Positions 39,029 through 53,812 of a stretch of DNA of 64,000 nt are shown piece after piece. Origin of the DNA: Eledone cirrhosa (taxonomy: Eukaryota). The first letter of the stretch is position 1, and each line of letters opens with the position of its first letter. The notes beneath the pieces were generated by a model, which was not told the origin of the DNA, did no database searches, and was given only the letters and a program-made list of their open reading frames with translations. The DNA is taken from the NCBI GenBank assembly GCA_964016885.1, contig OZ024742.1:321408001-321472000 (forward strand), written 5' to 3'. A program made the translations under genes and the position numbers.

Positions 39029-39689
39029 CAGCAGCAGCAGCAGCAGCAGCTGCTGTTGCTGTTGCTGTTGTTGTTTGGTTGTTGATGTTGTTGTTGCGGT
39101 AGTAGTATTGTACAGTCTGTTTTAGAAAACATGCGTCATTGACCTCCTATGACCAGGTCATTGATACTGTTGCTAGTCAATCTGTTACGTGACTTCTGAT
39201 TTTTTTTTTTTTTTTTATTTGTTATTTTTAGCTCCAGATAAAAATAAAAATGATACACCAAAAAAATACTGCCTCTCAAAATACTAATATTGGAGGATGT
39301 TGAGTAATTATGTCACTTAGTACAGTATTTGGCGAAAAGTATGTTTTATTATATTATAAAAGTAAAATAAACTTTTATTGTAGATTCATTATTTTTTAGT
39401 TTGTGTTTTAAGGGATTTATATGAATTTCAACTTGAACCATACTTTCGATGTTTGGGATAAAACATTTCTGAATGAATCAACATTCCCGATACAATCATC
39501 TTGTATACAATCCACACTAATATAAGTTTACTATACAAGAAACAGCTTTTACACTCATTCTCTCTTATATACACATATACATCAGGTCTGAACACAAAAG
39601 AATCAAACTCCCACTGTCACTGCCTCCGTCTCTCACCATCTATCTCTATTGTGAGCAAATGGGGGGGGGGGGCATACGCAGGCCGCTCC

Positions 39690-39870
39690 GCGGCTCCGGC
39701 GGACAGAATAGAGATGGCGTTTCCCCGGAGGATGGTGAGGAAGACGCGCTGAAACAGCCATTCGAGCTCGCGAAGATCACACCTGCGGGTAGCCAACTTT
39801 GTGTCGATGGTGATGAGCAGGTAGTCCTAGGGCCAAGGACACCAGAAGTCTCCAAGATGGCTAGGGTGGT
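39690..39870 (-). mobile_element. Second CRE-like 3' fragment
   Basis: ETSGVLGPR; nucleotide similarity to 17850-18000. Confidence 0.7.
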
Positions 39871-40333
39871 AGATTGAGGGAATCGTTAAAGTGTCGAAGA
39901 AAATGCTTTGCAGCATTTATTCCGGCTTTTTATGGCCTGAGTTCAAATCCGGCCAAGGTCTAATTTGCTTTCCATCCTTTCGGGATGGCTAAAATAAAGT
40001 ACTGGTCTCGATGTACCAGTCACGTACTGGTCCTCTCTCAAATTAGTTGCCTTGTGCCAATTAGAAATCATTATAGGGTGATCGATTGGCAATATCTGTA
40101 GAGCGTCGAACAATATGCTTTGCGGAATAGAATTACGTCCCTTTACTTTCTGTGTTCAAATCCCGCCGTGGTTAGCTTTGCCTTTCATCCTTACAGGGGT
40201 CAATAAAATAAAGTACCAGTAACACACTGGGGTCGACAAATCCCTCCAACAAAAAATGTATGGCCTTGTGTCTAAAGCAGAAACCGTTATAGTGTAGTTC
40301 CAGCGCCGTAACTACCAGGCCACGTACATTCAC

Positions 40334-40386
<53 letters not shown>

Positions 40387-40650
40387 TATATATATATATA
40401 TATGTATGGAAGTTTTTTTCGTTGCTTCAGTGTTGTGGCTAGACTTGCCTGCCACAGTTTTCAATTTGTCCTGCTTTCTAACATGTTATTAACAGCTCAT
40501 CGAATGCTTGGCTGCTTGATTGCTGATTGTATTTCGTTAGCTTGGCTACAGCCAAAACTTCGATTTTACTAAACTTCTATTTGTATATATATACACGCAC
40601 ACATACACGCACATATCTATATATATATATACATATATAATAAGTATAAT

Positions 40651-40836
40651 TGTTTCTACTTTTGGCACAAGGCCAGCAATTATACAGTACATTACTGGTA
40701 CTTTATTTTATCGACCCCGTAAGGATGAAAGGCAAAGTTAACCTTGGTGGGATTTGAACTCAGAATGGAAAGGGCTGTAACTCTTTGCGTCAAAGCATGG
40801 CGTCCCACCCACCGATACTGCGAATCCACCGCCTCC
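40651..40836 (-). mobile_element. SINE with 22-bp TSD
   Basis: ATACATATATAATAAGTATAAT at 40629-40650 and 40837-40858. Confidence 0.9.
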
Positions 40837-41550
40837 ATACATATATAATAAGTATAATACCAGCAATATATATATATATTGAGAAAGAAATCGAATTTTC
40901 AGTTATTTTATTCATAAACATGCGCAACACGTGTTTCATTAATTCGTTACCATCAGCTCGACTCTAGGATCAATTTGCTCGCTAGTCGCAATGGAAATTA
41001 GAATCGTAATATGTTCATCTCTCGGTACAAATGTGTGTGTGTATTTCTTTAAATCATTTCTTACTATTTTTAAAGGAAGATGTTCAATATTGAAATAATG
41101 TTTCGTTAAATGGTTTTCCGATAATTTCAAGGAAACAGTGAGTAACGGTATATCCGGCTTTGAAACAGTGATTCTTTTAACGCCTGGTATTGAAATAACG
41201 TTTCTTGAAAACTGCACAAATACTTATGCACATGCACATATACATGCATACTAAAATATAAACGTACACACGCATGTGTGTACGTTTATACAACTTTATG
41301 GCAACCAGGCATATATTCACTCAGTAGTCAGACTGACTGACAAACAAACAGACATGAAGTGCTCGATGATCGATCACTAAAATTATATGTTAATACAAAT
41401 ATCATATATTCACATACATCAAGTGTCCAGATATATAAATTTGAATTTGAATATATAAACATATGTATACGAATGTATAAAAAAAACACACCCACATACA
41501 TACGTACATACATACATATACACACATTATTACATAGAGTCAATAAGAAA

Positions 41551-41621
<71 letters not shown>

Positions 41622-41837
41622 AGTGCGTACGTACCTGAGTGTGTGAGTGTATGTATATTCCCTTTAATGATATGTAATATATGTAATTAGATCTACCAAC
41701 TCTTGTGTCCCAACTGCAACATGTTGAATGATCAGAGGAGTGAATAAAGACGTGTCCCTTGGTAGTAACAGGTTTATATTTCATAAGTATCTATACTTTT
41801 ATTTTGTTCAGATATTCTTAGCGTTAGTGAAGGGCCA

Positions 41838-42120
41838 CCAGCCAGTAGTTAGGGTGTTGAGCTTACGATTATAATGGTGTAGCTTCGATTCCCAAACAGG
41901 GTAATGAGTTGTGTCTTTTGAGCAAGATAGACCATTCTACGTTGCAGCTATTCGCTCAGCTGGAACAAAAATGAGGACCACCAGCGGCAGAAGCAGCAGC
42001 TACGGATTAAGCTTGTGAAGGACTGACATCCTATCCCTGAGTGAGTGGAAATGCTTACAATCTCGGTCCCTTAACACCAATAAAACAGGGATAAGCTGCA
42101 GTCTGATGGGCTTGGGACAG
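41838..42120 (+). mobile_element. Second, older tRNA-derived SINE family (related reverse copies at 28575-28812 and 35870-35970)
   Basis: A/B-box-like head followed by TGTGTCYTTGAGCA...CTCAGCTGG. Confidence 0.6.
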
Positions 42121-42176
42121 ACTTTAATTATATTTTTGACGATGATGATAATGATGATGATGATCTCACGCAAACG

Positions 42177-42229
<53 letters not shown>

Positions 42230-42390
42230 TAGAAAGTGAGGTTTTTTTTACAAAATGAAAAATAACCGAGGTGTCCTACACGAGTGAAAGTATAAAGAAA
42301 AAGAGATGAAATCGAAAATGCAACTGAAGTCTTATTTTTTTTTTAAATATATATATTTATTTGGTTCCTTTACCGGTTTCGCAGTTCTTC

Positions 42391-42466
<76 letters not shown>

Positions 42467-42871
42467 TGAAATTCTACAGGACTAGAACTGTTTCATTCTT
42501 TAGAAATCATCAGGAATCTGGGTATCCAAAAATAAAAGTGGTATATATAGGTCTTTTCATGTGGTAGGAGAGGGTGGGGAGTGGGATGGGTAGAGGTCAT
42601 TGGTTGATAGAAAAGGGAATTCATTAAAAGCTAATTCTTTAAAGCTATAATTTATATTTAGAGGCAGAAAGAATTCTATAAACTAGTTCAGATTGGGGTG
42701 CCACTCCTTATTTTTAAGTTTCTCTTAAGCTAACAATGCCTATATTTCAAGTGTCTAAAGAATGAAACAGTTCTAGTCCTGTAGAATCTCATCTATATTA
42801 AAACTGTTATACTCTGCTATGTATTGAGTACCTTACTTACTGTGGTTACCTCCGATTCAACTCGGAATAAC

Positions 42872-42943
<72 letters not shown>

Positions 42944-43183
42944 ATATATAAACAGAAATAACAACACAATCGGTACAGTATATGGAAGGAATATATTAGT
43001 TTAACGAAAGAGGGTCTTAATATTTCGGATGCTAGTACTTCATCAGAACAAAGAATGAGAAATTAGAAAGATTGAAGGGACGAGCGGAGCGGAAATGGAA
43101 AAAAAGTTTTTAGAGAAAAATATCAGGTCCATTCATGTTGCCATATCTTGGAAAACTTGATGCTAGCGTTTTGTGTGAATCTC

Positions 43184-43308
<125 letters not shown>

Positions 43309-43778
43309 TATGTAGAAGTTATATTTCATTTGTTGGGACTCCAACAAACATAAATGTTTATAACTGATATACAGCATTCAACAGTTAACTGGAGCAAATA
43401 TTCCAATATATTAATAAATGGAAATTATATTTATAAAACCAAAATTATTTTAGTATATATATTTCAAGGGCCACCAAACCAATGGTGCACTTTCATCAGA
43501 CAAAATACAAAATTTGTTTTATGAATAGTGACATAACCATGGAAAACAACCTTGACGGTTGAAAATTCGCTGGATAGTGAAAATTTATTAAGGGTAATTC
43601 AAAGTTATGTGTGAATATGCAAATGAATGTCCGAAAAATTGAAAAAACAACCGTTTATTTAAGTTATGGTGTGGGAAGAAGAGAGAGGAGAGAGAGAGAA
43701 ATAAAATATTACTGTTAAGGGATATATGTAGAAATAGAGTGAAGAAAGAGAGAAGAAAGAAGCTTATCCGAGGATGAG

Positions 43779-43843
<65 letters not shown>

Positions 43844-44553
43844 CGTTTCTGAATTTGTTTTGTTGATTATTCAACAATGGAGCGTCTGATAAGATGATAT
43901 GCAGCAGTATTTTGTTCTGAATCTCTTTGTTCTCACTTCCTATTGTGGTGTACTAAATGGAGTAGTAGACTAAATCCGTCAGTCGGTTTAACTCACCACA
44001 TCGTCCTTGGTTACCTGTCAATTCTGTTCTAAGTATTCAGATATGATCTCCAGTTCTAGGATATCCTCTTTACTCATTCTCACCAATTTTTAAGGCCCTG
44101 AAAAAGCAAATGGGGAAATTTCAGAATATGAGATTCAAAGAAACAGAGAATGAGGTAATCGGAGATTGAGGGAATCATAAAATAGGGATATCCGGCAATG
44201 TGTTACCCTAGAATAGGTTGAACCGGTTCGAGCCAGTGAATCCACTTAGATTGCCCATATATGGTGATTACAAACATCTGATGTGGATGTTGTCATCAGC
44301 CAGTCACGATTACAAAGGTATGCCCCATATGTATGAGGACCAACCAGTCATTGATTAACCCAAGATCCGACATCAATTTACCAATCCAGGTTTACAGTTT
44401 CTACCTCCATGATTGCAGGAACTTGAGGCTAAATAATAATAATATTATTATTAATAACAATAATAATAATGAAGAAGAAGAAGAAAAAGAAGAAGAAGAA
44501 TTTTTACTACTACTACCACCACCACCACCACCACCACCACTACTACTACCACA

Positions 44554-44590
<37 letters not shown>

Positions 44591-44756
44591 TTACTACTAC
44601 GACGACCATTACCTTTGAGTGCTGCTACAATCACTACTACTATTGCCCCTGATGCTGAGGTTACCACTATAGAAGAAGAAGAAGAAGAAGAAGAAGAAGA
44701 AGAAGAAGAAGAAGAAGAAGAAGAAGAAGAAGAAGAAGAAGAAGAAGAAGAAGAAG

Positions 44757-44833
<77 letters not shown>

Positions 44834-45211
44834 CTGTAATATGGATGTATTCTATCCTAAAGTCGCTTGCTTTAGTTCGGTTTACGAGATATATAAAGGT
44901 GCGTCTCTCTGAACGAAGACAACGGGAAAATATGATTACTTTTATTATTTTTACGCCATTTCACAACATTAAGTAAAATCTGTCAGTGAAAGCTGCACAG
45001 ATGACACAAGGATACGCTAGAGCGCATGCGTGTGAGTCAGGCATACGTTAACACTAGAAGGGAAAGTGTTAAGTAACTTATAATCTGTATATAGTGAGTG
45101 GTTTGTAGTTGCTTGTGGAATTTCGGCCATTACTTTTATATTGTAAATACAAACAATGCAATGTAATGCAAACAATCTTCGTGTAAAATTAAGGATTGAA
45201 GAAGATTTGAA

Positions 45212-45242
<31 letters not shown>

Positions 45243-45272
45243 ATGATGATGATGTTGATGATGATGCTGATT

Positions 45273-45319
<47 letters not shown>

Positions 45320-45499
45320 GGGAGTGATGTGAAAGCTTTCAGCGAATATTAGGAGAAATACGGGATTAATATATATATATATGTGTGTGTATATATGTGT
45401 ACGTATATGTATATATATATTACTCAGCAACTACATACATACATACATACATACATACATACATACATACATACATACATACATACATACATACATACA

Positions 45500-46955
45500 T
45501 GTTGATTGCTACTTTTTGTCAGAAGAGTGCCATCCCTACATTGCACGATCATGTGCACGCCGGTGACTCTTCAGACCCGCTTTTGTTTTGCAGGTACGTT
45601 AACAGATGTGACACTTGAACTGTCGGTCTCCTCGCAATACCGACTGGGGTGTCTCTACACTCATTGCAGGTGTACCGCGGAGGGCTTGACAGTAGAAACA
45701 TCTCACAAGCAGCTCGATTTCTCCCTGTGACTTTCTCGTGTGACTTCAGATGGTTGACAAATTCAGCTGTTGATATAAAAAAAAAATCGGACACATACAT
45801 TGCACCTCAATTCCTACTAGATTTTTGCAGGCACTGCACTTGGGTCCCGCTTACGGAATGAACGCTTCAAAGCAGCATGCTCCACTCACGTTTCCTCGCA
45901 GACATCACATCTATACTTGATTATTCCCTATGATGTATGGCCTTCAATCAATGCCTCCCAGTATTCCATATTAACCCCCAGGGCTTTAAAATTGTCTTTT
46001 GTGGCATCCATAAACCGCTTCTTTGATTTGAGGTAGTCTTTTTCCTCTGGTAAGCTCTCCGTAAAATAGCTGTTTAGGCAGTATTCCGTCTTCCACCCTG
46101 ACCACATGACCATCCCAGCACATCTGGTTTGTAATAATCCTCCCCTCAATACTGACCACTTTCTCAGGAACAGCAAAATCAAATGTGTAAGAATATAACT
46201 TGATGTTCGGGATGCATCGGATTCAATGCTGATGAAACCTTTCCAGCTGCCTAGTGTGATGTCTGTAAGTTGTCCACGTTTCGCATCCATATAAAAGGGC
46301 TGTAAGAATACATGCCTCATACACAGGCAGGTTTGTGTTTTTCGTGATACCCCGATCTGATCAGACTCGCTTCTCAAGCTTCCCGAAGGCAAAACTCGCT
46401 TTCGCAATCCTGTGATTTATTTCAGCATCAAGGGTACCATCTCTACTAAGTGTACTTCCGAGATACAGAAAGACCTCCACCACCTCATGTCTTTTTCCGC
46501 TCACGAAAATACCTGGCTCCACATACACTTCACCAACTGGTAGGAGTTTACTTCACCTTTGTCTTTTGTATGCTAATATTTAGACCATATACAGTGCATG
46601 CATTGTAGAATGGGCCCAATATCAACTGCATGTCCTCTACAGTGTCCAACAAATTCTGCATCATCAGCATACAGGGACTCCCAGACAAGAGTGGCAAATG
46701 TTTTGTACTTTGTGTTAAAACGTCTTAAATTAAATACTTTGCCAGAGGTTCTGAATGGCACGTCTTGGAAGACATATGTCAGCAGCACGGCGAGGTAGAT
46801 GGACAACAGAATAGGTGCAGGTATGTCGCCTTGTTTAACACCGTTTTCCACTGAAATTGGCTCTGAAAGTGTCCCATTGAAGTTTACCTCTGCTTTCATA
46901 TTTTGATGGAGGTTCTTGAATATTCCAAGAAATTCAGTAGGGCATCCAAAAATGT
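45500..46955 (-). mobile_element. 5'-truncated RTE LINE with C-terminal C2H2 fingers and (ATGT)n tail
   Basis: NGVKQGDIPAPILL, LYADD, FKCHIC*RTCKTKAGLKSHRRAH. Tail (CATA)n at 45433-45500. Confidence 0.9.
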
Positions 46956-47039
46956 AAAAGTTTAAAGTTTAAAGATTAAAAAGTGCATACACACACGCTT
47001 GGATGCAAAAGATCCCACACACAGCCATATATACATATT

Positions 47040-48004
47040 TACACACTCACACAATTCATACTTATGTACATACTATTGGATGATCGTTGACACTCATGAA
47101 TTCCTCCACTCTTTGTCAAGTTTTGTTTTTCATCTTGCAGGATGTCCAAAATCACCCTCCTCACCAAGCAAACTTGGTGAGGTTGCCGGTTTAGTCGCCG
47201 GTGACACGACCATGCGACAGATTGTACTGGGTTACGTTACCAGTAGCACTCATGAGCGACCTGACGCATACATACATACATATATAATACATATATGCAC
47301 ACATACATACATACATATATGCATACATACATACATGATGGCTGCCCCCTCGTTATCGAGTATGGCCATTGCACGATATACCATTATTAATAATAATAAA
47401 TTAATTCTATCGTGCAATGCCTGTGCGTGAAGATATTTTTTAAAGTGGGGAAAGACTGTGCACTGAGCCAATCCCACTCTCTGAGCGACAGTAGCTATAA
47501 CCCGAAAAGAAGAAAAGATCAATATCATAGGTAACTACTGAGCCGCAGGTTTTATATCGGAGTTTTTCCAGTTTCCTGAGTTGCCTGCTCCTAGAAGAAT
47601 GCCCTGAGAAAGGCTAGGGGTCCTTCACTCCCAGTGGTTTAACCGCGCGATCGGGTGTCCAGCCTGACTATTTCTATGTCCCCGCGCATATACATACACA
47701 TGCACCCATGCATATACACATGTACACAGACATGTACATGTGTATATACATATTTACACACTTTTGGATGGCCGTTGACCCTTATAAGTTCTTCCGCCCT
47801 TTGTCAGGTTTTTTTTTTTGTCCTGCAGGGTGTCCAAAATCACCCTCCTCACCAAGTAAACTTGGTGGGGTTGCCGATTTAGTCGCCGACGACCCGACCA
47901 TGCGACAGGTTGTACTGGGTTACATGTTACCAGTAGCACTCAAGAGTGACCCGACATACATACATACATACATACATACATACATACATACATACATACA
48001 TACA

Positions 48005-48037
<33 letters not shown>

Positions 48038-49180
48038 GGTGGTTGCCAACTCGTTTTCGAGTACGGCCACTACTTTATATCCATGTAGGAGAACGCCTAC
48101 CGATGCGCTGAACGAGTGTGACTTTTTAGTCCAGCCAGCGACTTGAAAACTCTGGTACAAACACTACACCTGTGACAATTATTGACACATAGTGCTGGGC
48201 CCATGGTACCATGTGACGACAAGTGCAGAGAGATCTCCAGATATAAAGTAATGCCTGTGCCGTGAAGCTTTTATAGTGAGCAAAGGCACTGCACAAAGCC
48301 AGTCCCACTCTCTTAACCAAGATGATATTTACCAAAAAGAAGAAGAAGTCAACATCATTGGATACCATCAGTGTTGCAGGTGTTATATCAGAGTTTTCCT
48401 TCTCCTAGAATTCTTCCTTGACAAAGGCTAAGAGGTCATCTCTCCCGGTGATTTTGGATGGTCATTGACTCTTAAGAGCTCCTTTGCCCTTTGACAGGTT
48501 TTGTTTTTAGTCCTGCAGGATGTCCAAAGTCACCCTCCTCACCAAGGAACCTTGGTGGGGTTACCAGTTTAGTCGCCAACGACCCGACCATGGGACAGGT
48601 TGTACTGGAATACATGTTACCAGTAACACCAAGTGGTGACCTGACATATATATATATACACATACATATATATATACATATACATACATACACATACATA
48701 CATACATACATACATACATACATACATACATACATACATACATACATACATACATACATACATACATACATGGTGGCTGCCAACTCGTTTTCGAGTATGG
48801 CCACTACTTTATATCCATGTAGGAGAACCCCTACCAATGCGCTGAACGAGTGTGACTTTTTAGTCCAGCCAGCGACTTGAAAACTCTGGCACAAACACTA
48901 CACTTGTGAGAATTATTGACACATAGTGTACATGGTACCATGTGATGACAAGTGCAGAGAGATCTCCAGATACAAAGCAATGCCTGTGCCGTGAAGCTTT
49001 TATAGTGAGCAAAGGCACTGCACAAAGCCAGTCCCACTCTCTTAACCAAGATGATATTTCCCAAAAAGAAGAACAAGTCAACATCATTGGATACCATCAG
49101 GGTTGCAGGTGTTATATCAGAGTTTTCCTTCTCCTAGAATTCTGCCTTGACAAAGGCTAAGGGGTCATCTCTCCCAGTGA
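47040..49180 (-). mobile_element. Tandem chain of four RTE-derived non-autonomous elements separated by (CATA)n
   Basis: Copies at 47040-47266 (5' part), 47337-47955, 48037-48645 and 48771-49180. Motif CTAGGAGAAGGAAAACTCTGA. The last two retain CSVCARVFKSLAGLKSHTRSAH. Confidence 0.85.
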
Positions 49181-49762
49181 TACATACATACATACATACA
49201 TACATACATACATACATAAGTATTGATATATGTATGTATTGTTAATCGTTTACCCAAATTTCCCTACCTCTAAACACACGTACTCTATCTAAACTCATAC
49301 GCATGCGCGTATGCCATTTTATTTTAGTAACATTTATCAATATTTATTTATAGTTATATTTATCCATTTATGATTATATTTTTCGTTTTATTGTTTAATA
49401 ATGTCTACGTCCGTTTAACTATCTCAGGAACTACGATGCTTACACTTAGTATTAAGTCTAAATTTCCCATTTTTCATCAATGATTTCTGCTGCCACCACC
49501 CCACCACCATAACAACCAAAACTATACGAATGAAAAGTAATTATACGGTATTACCAGTAGGAAAGAGCTTTTTTGTCAATGGAACACTTGAGGGCAATTA
49601 TAATCATTTTTAGTATAGCAAGTAATTAGTGATTCCTAGTATTGTATTATGTGTACAATGTAATACAAACAAGGATACAGAAAGATTCTGTGAAATGTTA
49701 AAGACCTTTCTTTCCGTAGTCTACATCCTGAGAAAAAATAGAAACGAAATACGTATATATAA

Positions 49763-49894
<132 letters not shown>

Positions 49895-50368
49895 GTATGT
49901 ATGTGTGTGTGCATAAAAGGTAAACAGAAATAAGAAAGCAAACGGCGCAGTACATTGAAGAAATATATATATATATATATATACATATATTTTTTTTTCC
50001 TTGCCTTTCTTTTCCTTACACCCTCTTTCATATCTCTAATTTGCTCTACGTCCTTTTCTTCTTCTTTAAGTTTATCATATTATTTGTGGTATATAAACAT
50101 TGAGATTTGATGAAATAAATCACTGCCAATACGGGAATTGTATAATCAAGACGGTAGCGGTATGTCATATATCAAATCATATATTTAATCTGATGAGGAC
50201 GTACTGAAAAAGAAAACACAGTACCTTTGAAATATATATAATAAAGCATATATTTTGATTATGTGAATATCTTTCATTTGTTAATATTTTGAATACTATT
50301 AAAATCTCCAGGAAAATGTTACTGTCGAGTGCTTTTAATCTATTGTAAAATTGCATTCATTGAGTAAT

Positions 50369-50403
<35 letters not shown>

Positions 50404-50806
50404 CAGTTTGTTTACAAACCAAAGAATTTAAGGCATTTATTAACTGATAATTCTTTCTACCCGGGTTACGCTACTTAGAACGAATTATCTCATTTAGCAA
50501 TTCACCATTAGTGAGCATAGACCATGGGTGTCATCAGATTTTATTTAAATACTGATATTTAAATCACTTATTAGAATATCACGATAAAAGTTTACATTCA
50601 TAAATACAGTTAAAAAATATCGTAGTCTGAAAGAAATATATTTGTTTGTTTGTGTTTTAGAATTCACGATAAAATTCTAATTTCTAGACCGAGTTCTGTG
50701 TCTAAGATAGGTGGTCAGTGATTGGGAAGTTTAGTTGGGTAGTCTATGCTTACTTAATGCTCTAGTTCAGAGGTTGTCACCCTTTTTGGGCCACCTTCCC
50801 ATACAG

Positions 50807-50924
<118 letters not shown>

Positions 50925-50929
50925 CATAT

Positions 50930-50991
<62 letters not shown>

Positions 50992-51925
50992 TAAAAGGAA
51001 AAGAAAATGCTGACAAATTGTTCCCAGTGAAAAATAGTTTAATTAAAAATAAGTAAAAATTAGTAATAGTATTGGTTAGTATTCAGTTTTAGTTTTAAGT
51101 TTTTACCGGTTGCGCATTTCTAATGCTTTTCAAAAATAATTTTGAGATAGAGCGCCCGTGATGTTTGCTCTAATCTGATTAGTTTTGCAAATTCTACCTG
51201 TTTTATGTGAAAAAAGTGGCTCCAGAGGTATTAAAATAAATTTCGCGCCAATTCGTGTTGCAAAAATTCTTGTGGTCAAAGCAATTTTGATTGGTCGGTA
51301 GAGGTCACGTGAATGTTAAAAATTGATTTTACGCCAAATGTAGGTTTGTCGAAGAGTGTCCTTTTTCGCCTGATTGAGAAGTCACTGAAAAATAAGTCTT
51401 TTAAGACAAATATGTGTGTGTGTGTGTGTGTAGTAAAGAGGTTCATTGTTTAATGGTCAGTAGGGATGTGTGTGTGAATTGAAGTCATGTTGAAAGGTCA
51501 ACAGTTCAGGTGTATATTGAGACAAATATGTGTGTGTGTGGGGGGGGGATATTTTAAGATGTTGAAAGATATATTTCAGCTCTTGTCTTATACGGAGAAG
51601 TGTGTGTGTATGTGTGTGTGTGTGTATATGTCTCTTTGTATGTTAGTGTACGCGTGTGTATGTGTATGTGTGTGTGTATGTGTATATGTGTGTATGTGTG
51701 GGTGTGCTGTGTGGGTGTGGGTGTGGGTGGGTGGACCAGTATTTTTGTGATACTGGTAAAAATGGTGTACATTATTCGATATTTTCAGCAAAAACGATTC
51801 TCTCAAGAGAACATCAAAAACATTAATAATAAAAAGTGTGAAATGATGTATAGTATTGTCATAACACCAGGGTGTTTGTGAGTGTCCAGATTGCACGTAC
51901 TCCAAGGGGAATCCATTAGGCCCTG

Positions 51926-51979
<54 letters not shown>

Positions 51980-52301
51980 ATATATTATATATATATTATA
52001 CAAATATATTATATATATTTGAGGGCGGCTGACCGGGCTAGAAGCTGGTAAATGTTCGGCCGCCCTCATGTCTCTGCTTTTCAGCCCCATAGATTTTGTC
52101 TATTATATTCCCTTGTTATATTTCGAATACCTGATGATGTCACCGGATTCATACTGAACCTGGTCACTGACATGATCATAGTATAATAAACCTTTTAAGG
52201 AATTACACCAGTCCAGCCTCCTATATATATATATCTCAAGCGTGAAACTAAAAACCATACCATTTGTACTGCGTCTCTGTTTTTCGTTCTGTCCATTTAT
52301 T

Positions 52302-52331
<30 letters not shown>

Positions 52332-52337
<6 letters not shown>

Positions 52338-52629
52338 ATTAAATAAATGGAAAACTATATTTATAAAACCATATTTATTTCATTATATATATTTCGGGGA
52401 TATCATATTAACAATATGCTATGCCTTCATCAGACAAAATACAGAGTAAACCTCTTCAAATGAAGTTGATGTTTATTACGGTATGTCGAATATATTTATC
52501 TATAAAACTGTTTATATTGTATTTTGTCTGATGAAGGCATAGCATATTGTTAATATGATATCCCCGAAATATATATAATGAAATAAATATGGTTTTATAA
52601 ATATAGTTTTCCATTTATTTAATATTGTA
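52332..52629. repeat. Palindrome with 112-bp arms, hammerhead in each arm
   Basis: 52332-52443 pairs with 52518-52629. HHR at 52520-52585 (+) with a mirror on -. Confidence 0.92.
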
Positions 52630-52713
52630 AATATACTCCAAGTATTTGTCGAGTGCTTTTATATCAGTTATAAATATTTACTAGTTGTAACCCAACAATT
52701 TTAAATATAACTT

Positions 52714-52821
<108 letters not shown>

Positions 52822-53399
52822 TACATGTCTGTGTTTATGAATATTCACATTCTTCTTATTTTTTATAGTTCTTATTCTTCTTATTGTTATTATAATTATT
52901 AGGGTGGTGGATTGGTAATATAGGTAGAGTGTCGGATACCATGTTTCGCGGCAAAGTGTTACGGACCTTTACGTTCTGAGTTCAAATCCCGCCTTTCATT
53001 CTTACGGGGTTGATAAAATAAAGTACCAGTCATGCACTGGGGTCGATTTCATCGACTTTCCCCTCCCCTAAAAAATTGCTGGCTTTGTACCTAAATCAGA
53101 AACCATTATTATTATCGACTCTCTAAGTGTAAGCCATACATAACAGTGGCTCCTGTATTTATAAGGTATTTTATCCCTTTTTTGCTTGCTTTTATTTATG
53201 TTTTAAACTTAAACTTAAATAAAAGTTTAGTTAAGTCTACCTGCTTCATACAGCTGCTAAAATATTTTATGTTGAAAGACACCACCTACGGGGGTTGTCT
53301 GCAGCAATTTTTATTTACCAACTATATTTTCATTGTCTAACTCAACCATGGAGAACAAGTCATCACGACGTAACTCCGATACTGTTTATTTAGAAAGAG

Positions 53400-53751
53400 A
53401 GTGTGTGTGTGCTGAGGCGCGAGTATAATGTTGTTTGTCAACAGGCAGACGATAATGAAAATAAAGAGGTAAATAACCGGGTTTATACGGTAGATAATGA
53501 AAGAAATGTGTTTGTCAATTGTAATAACAAGAACAGCAGTAACAACAACAACAGCAACAACAACAACAACAACAACAACAATTACAACAACAGCACCAAC
53601 TACAAAAATAACAACATGAGTGAGAAGAACAGCAACAACAATGACAACACCAACAATAACGAGAATTCCTACAACAGCAACAAAGAAAAGGAAAACAACA
53701 ACAGCAATGGCAACAGTGAAAATAACAACAAAACAAATGTCACCACCAGCT

Positions 53752-53812
<61 letters not shown>

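Noticed and set aside
40939-41217. 92-aa minus-strand ORF in unique sequence
   Set aside because: No recognisable domain, a non-ATG start, and no convincing splice pair.
48831-48930. C2H2 finger as a host zinc-finger gene
   Set aside because: It lies at the 3' end of an RTE-derived repeat and parallels the RTE ORF C-terminal finger at 45550-45620.
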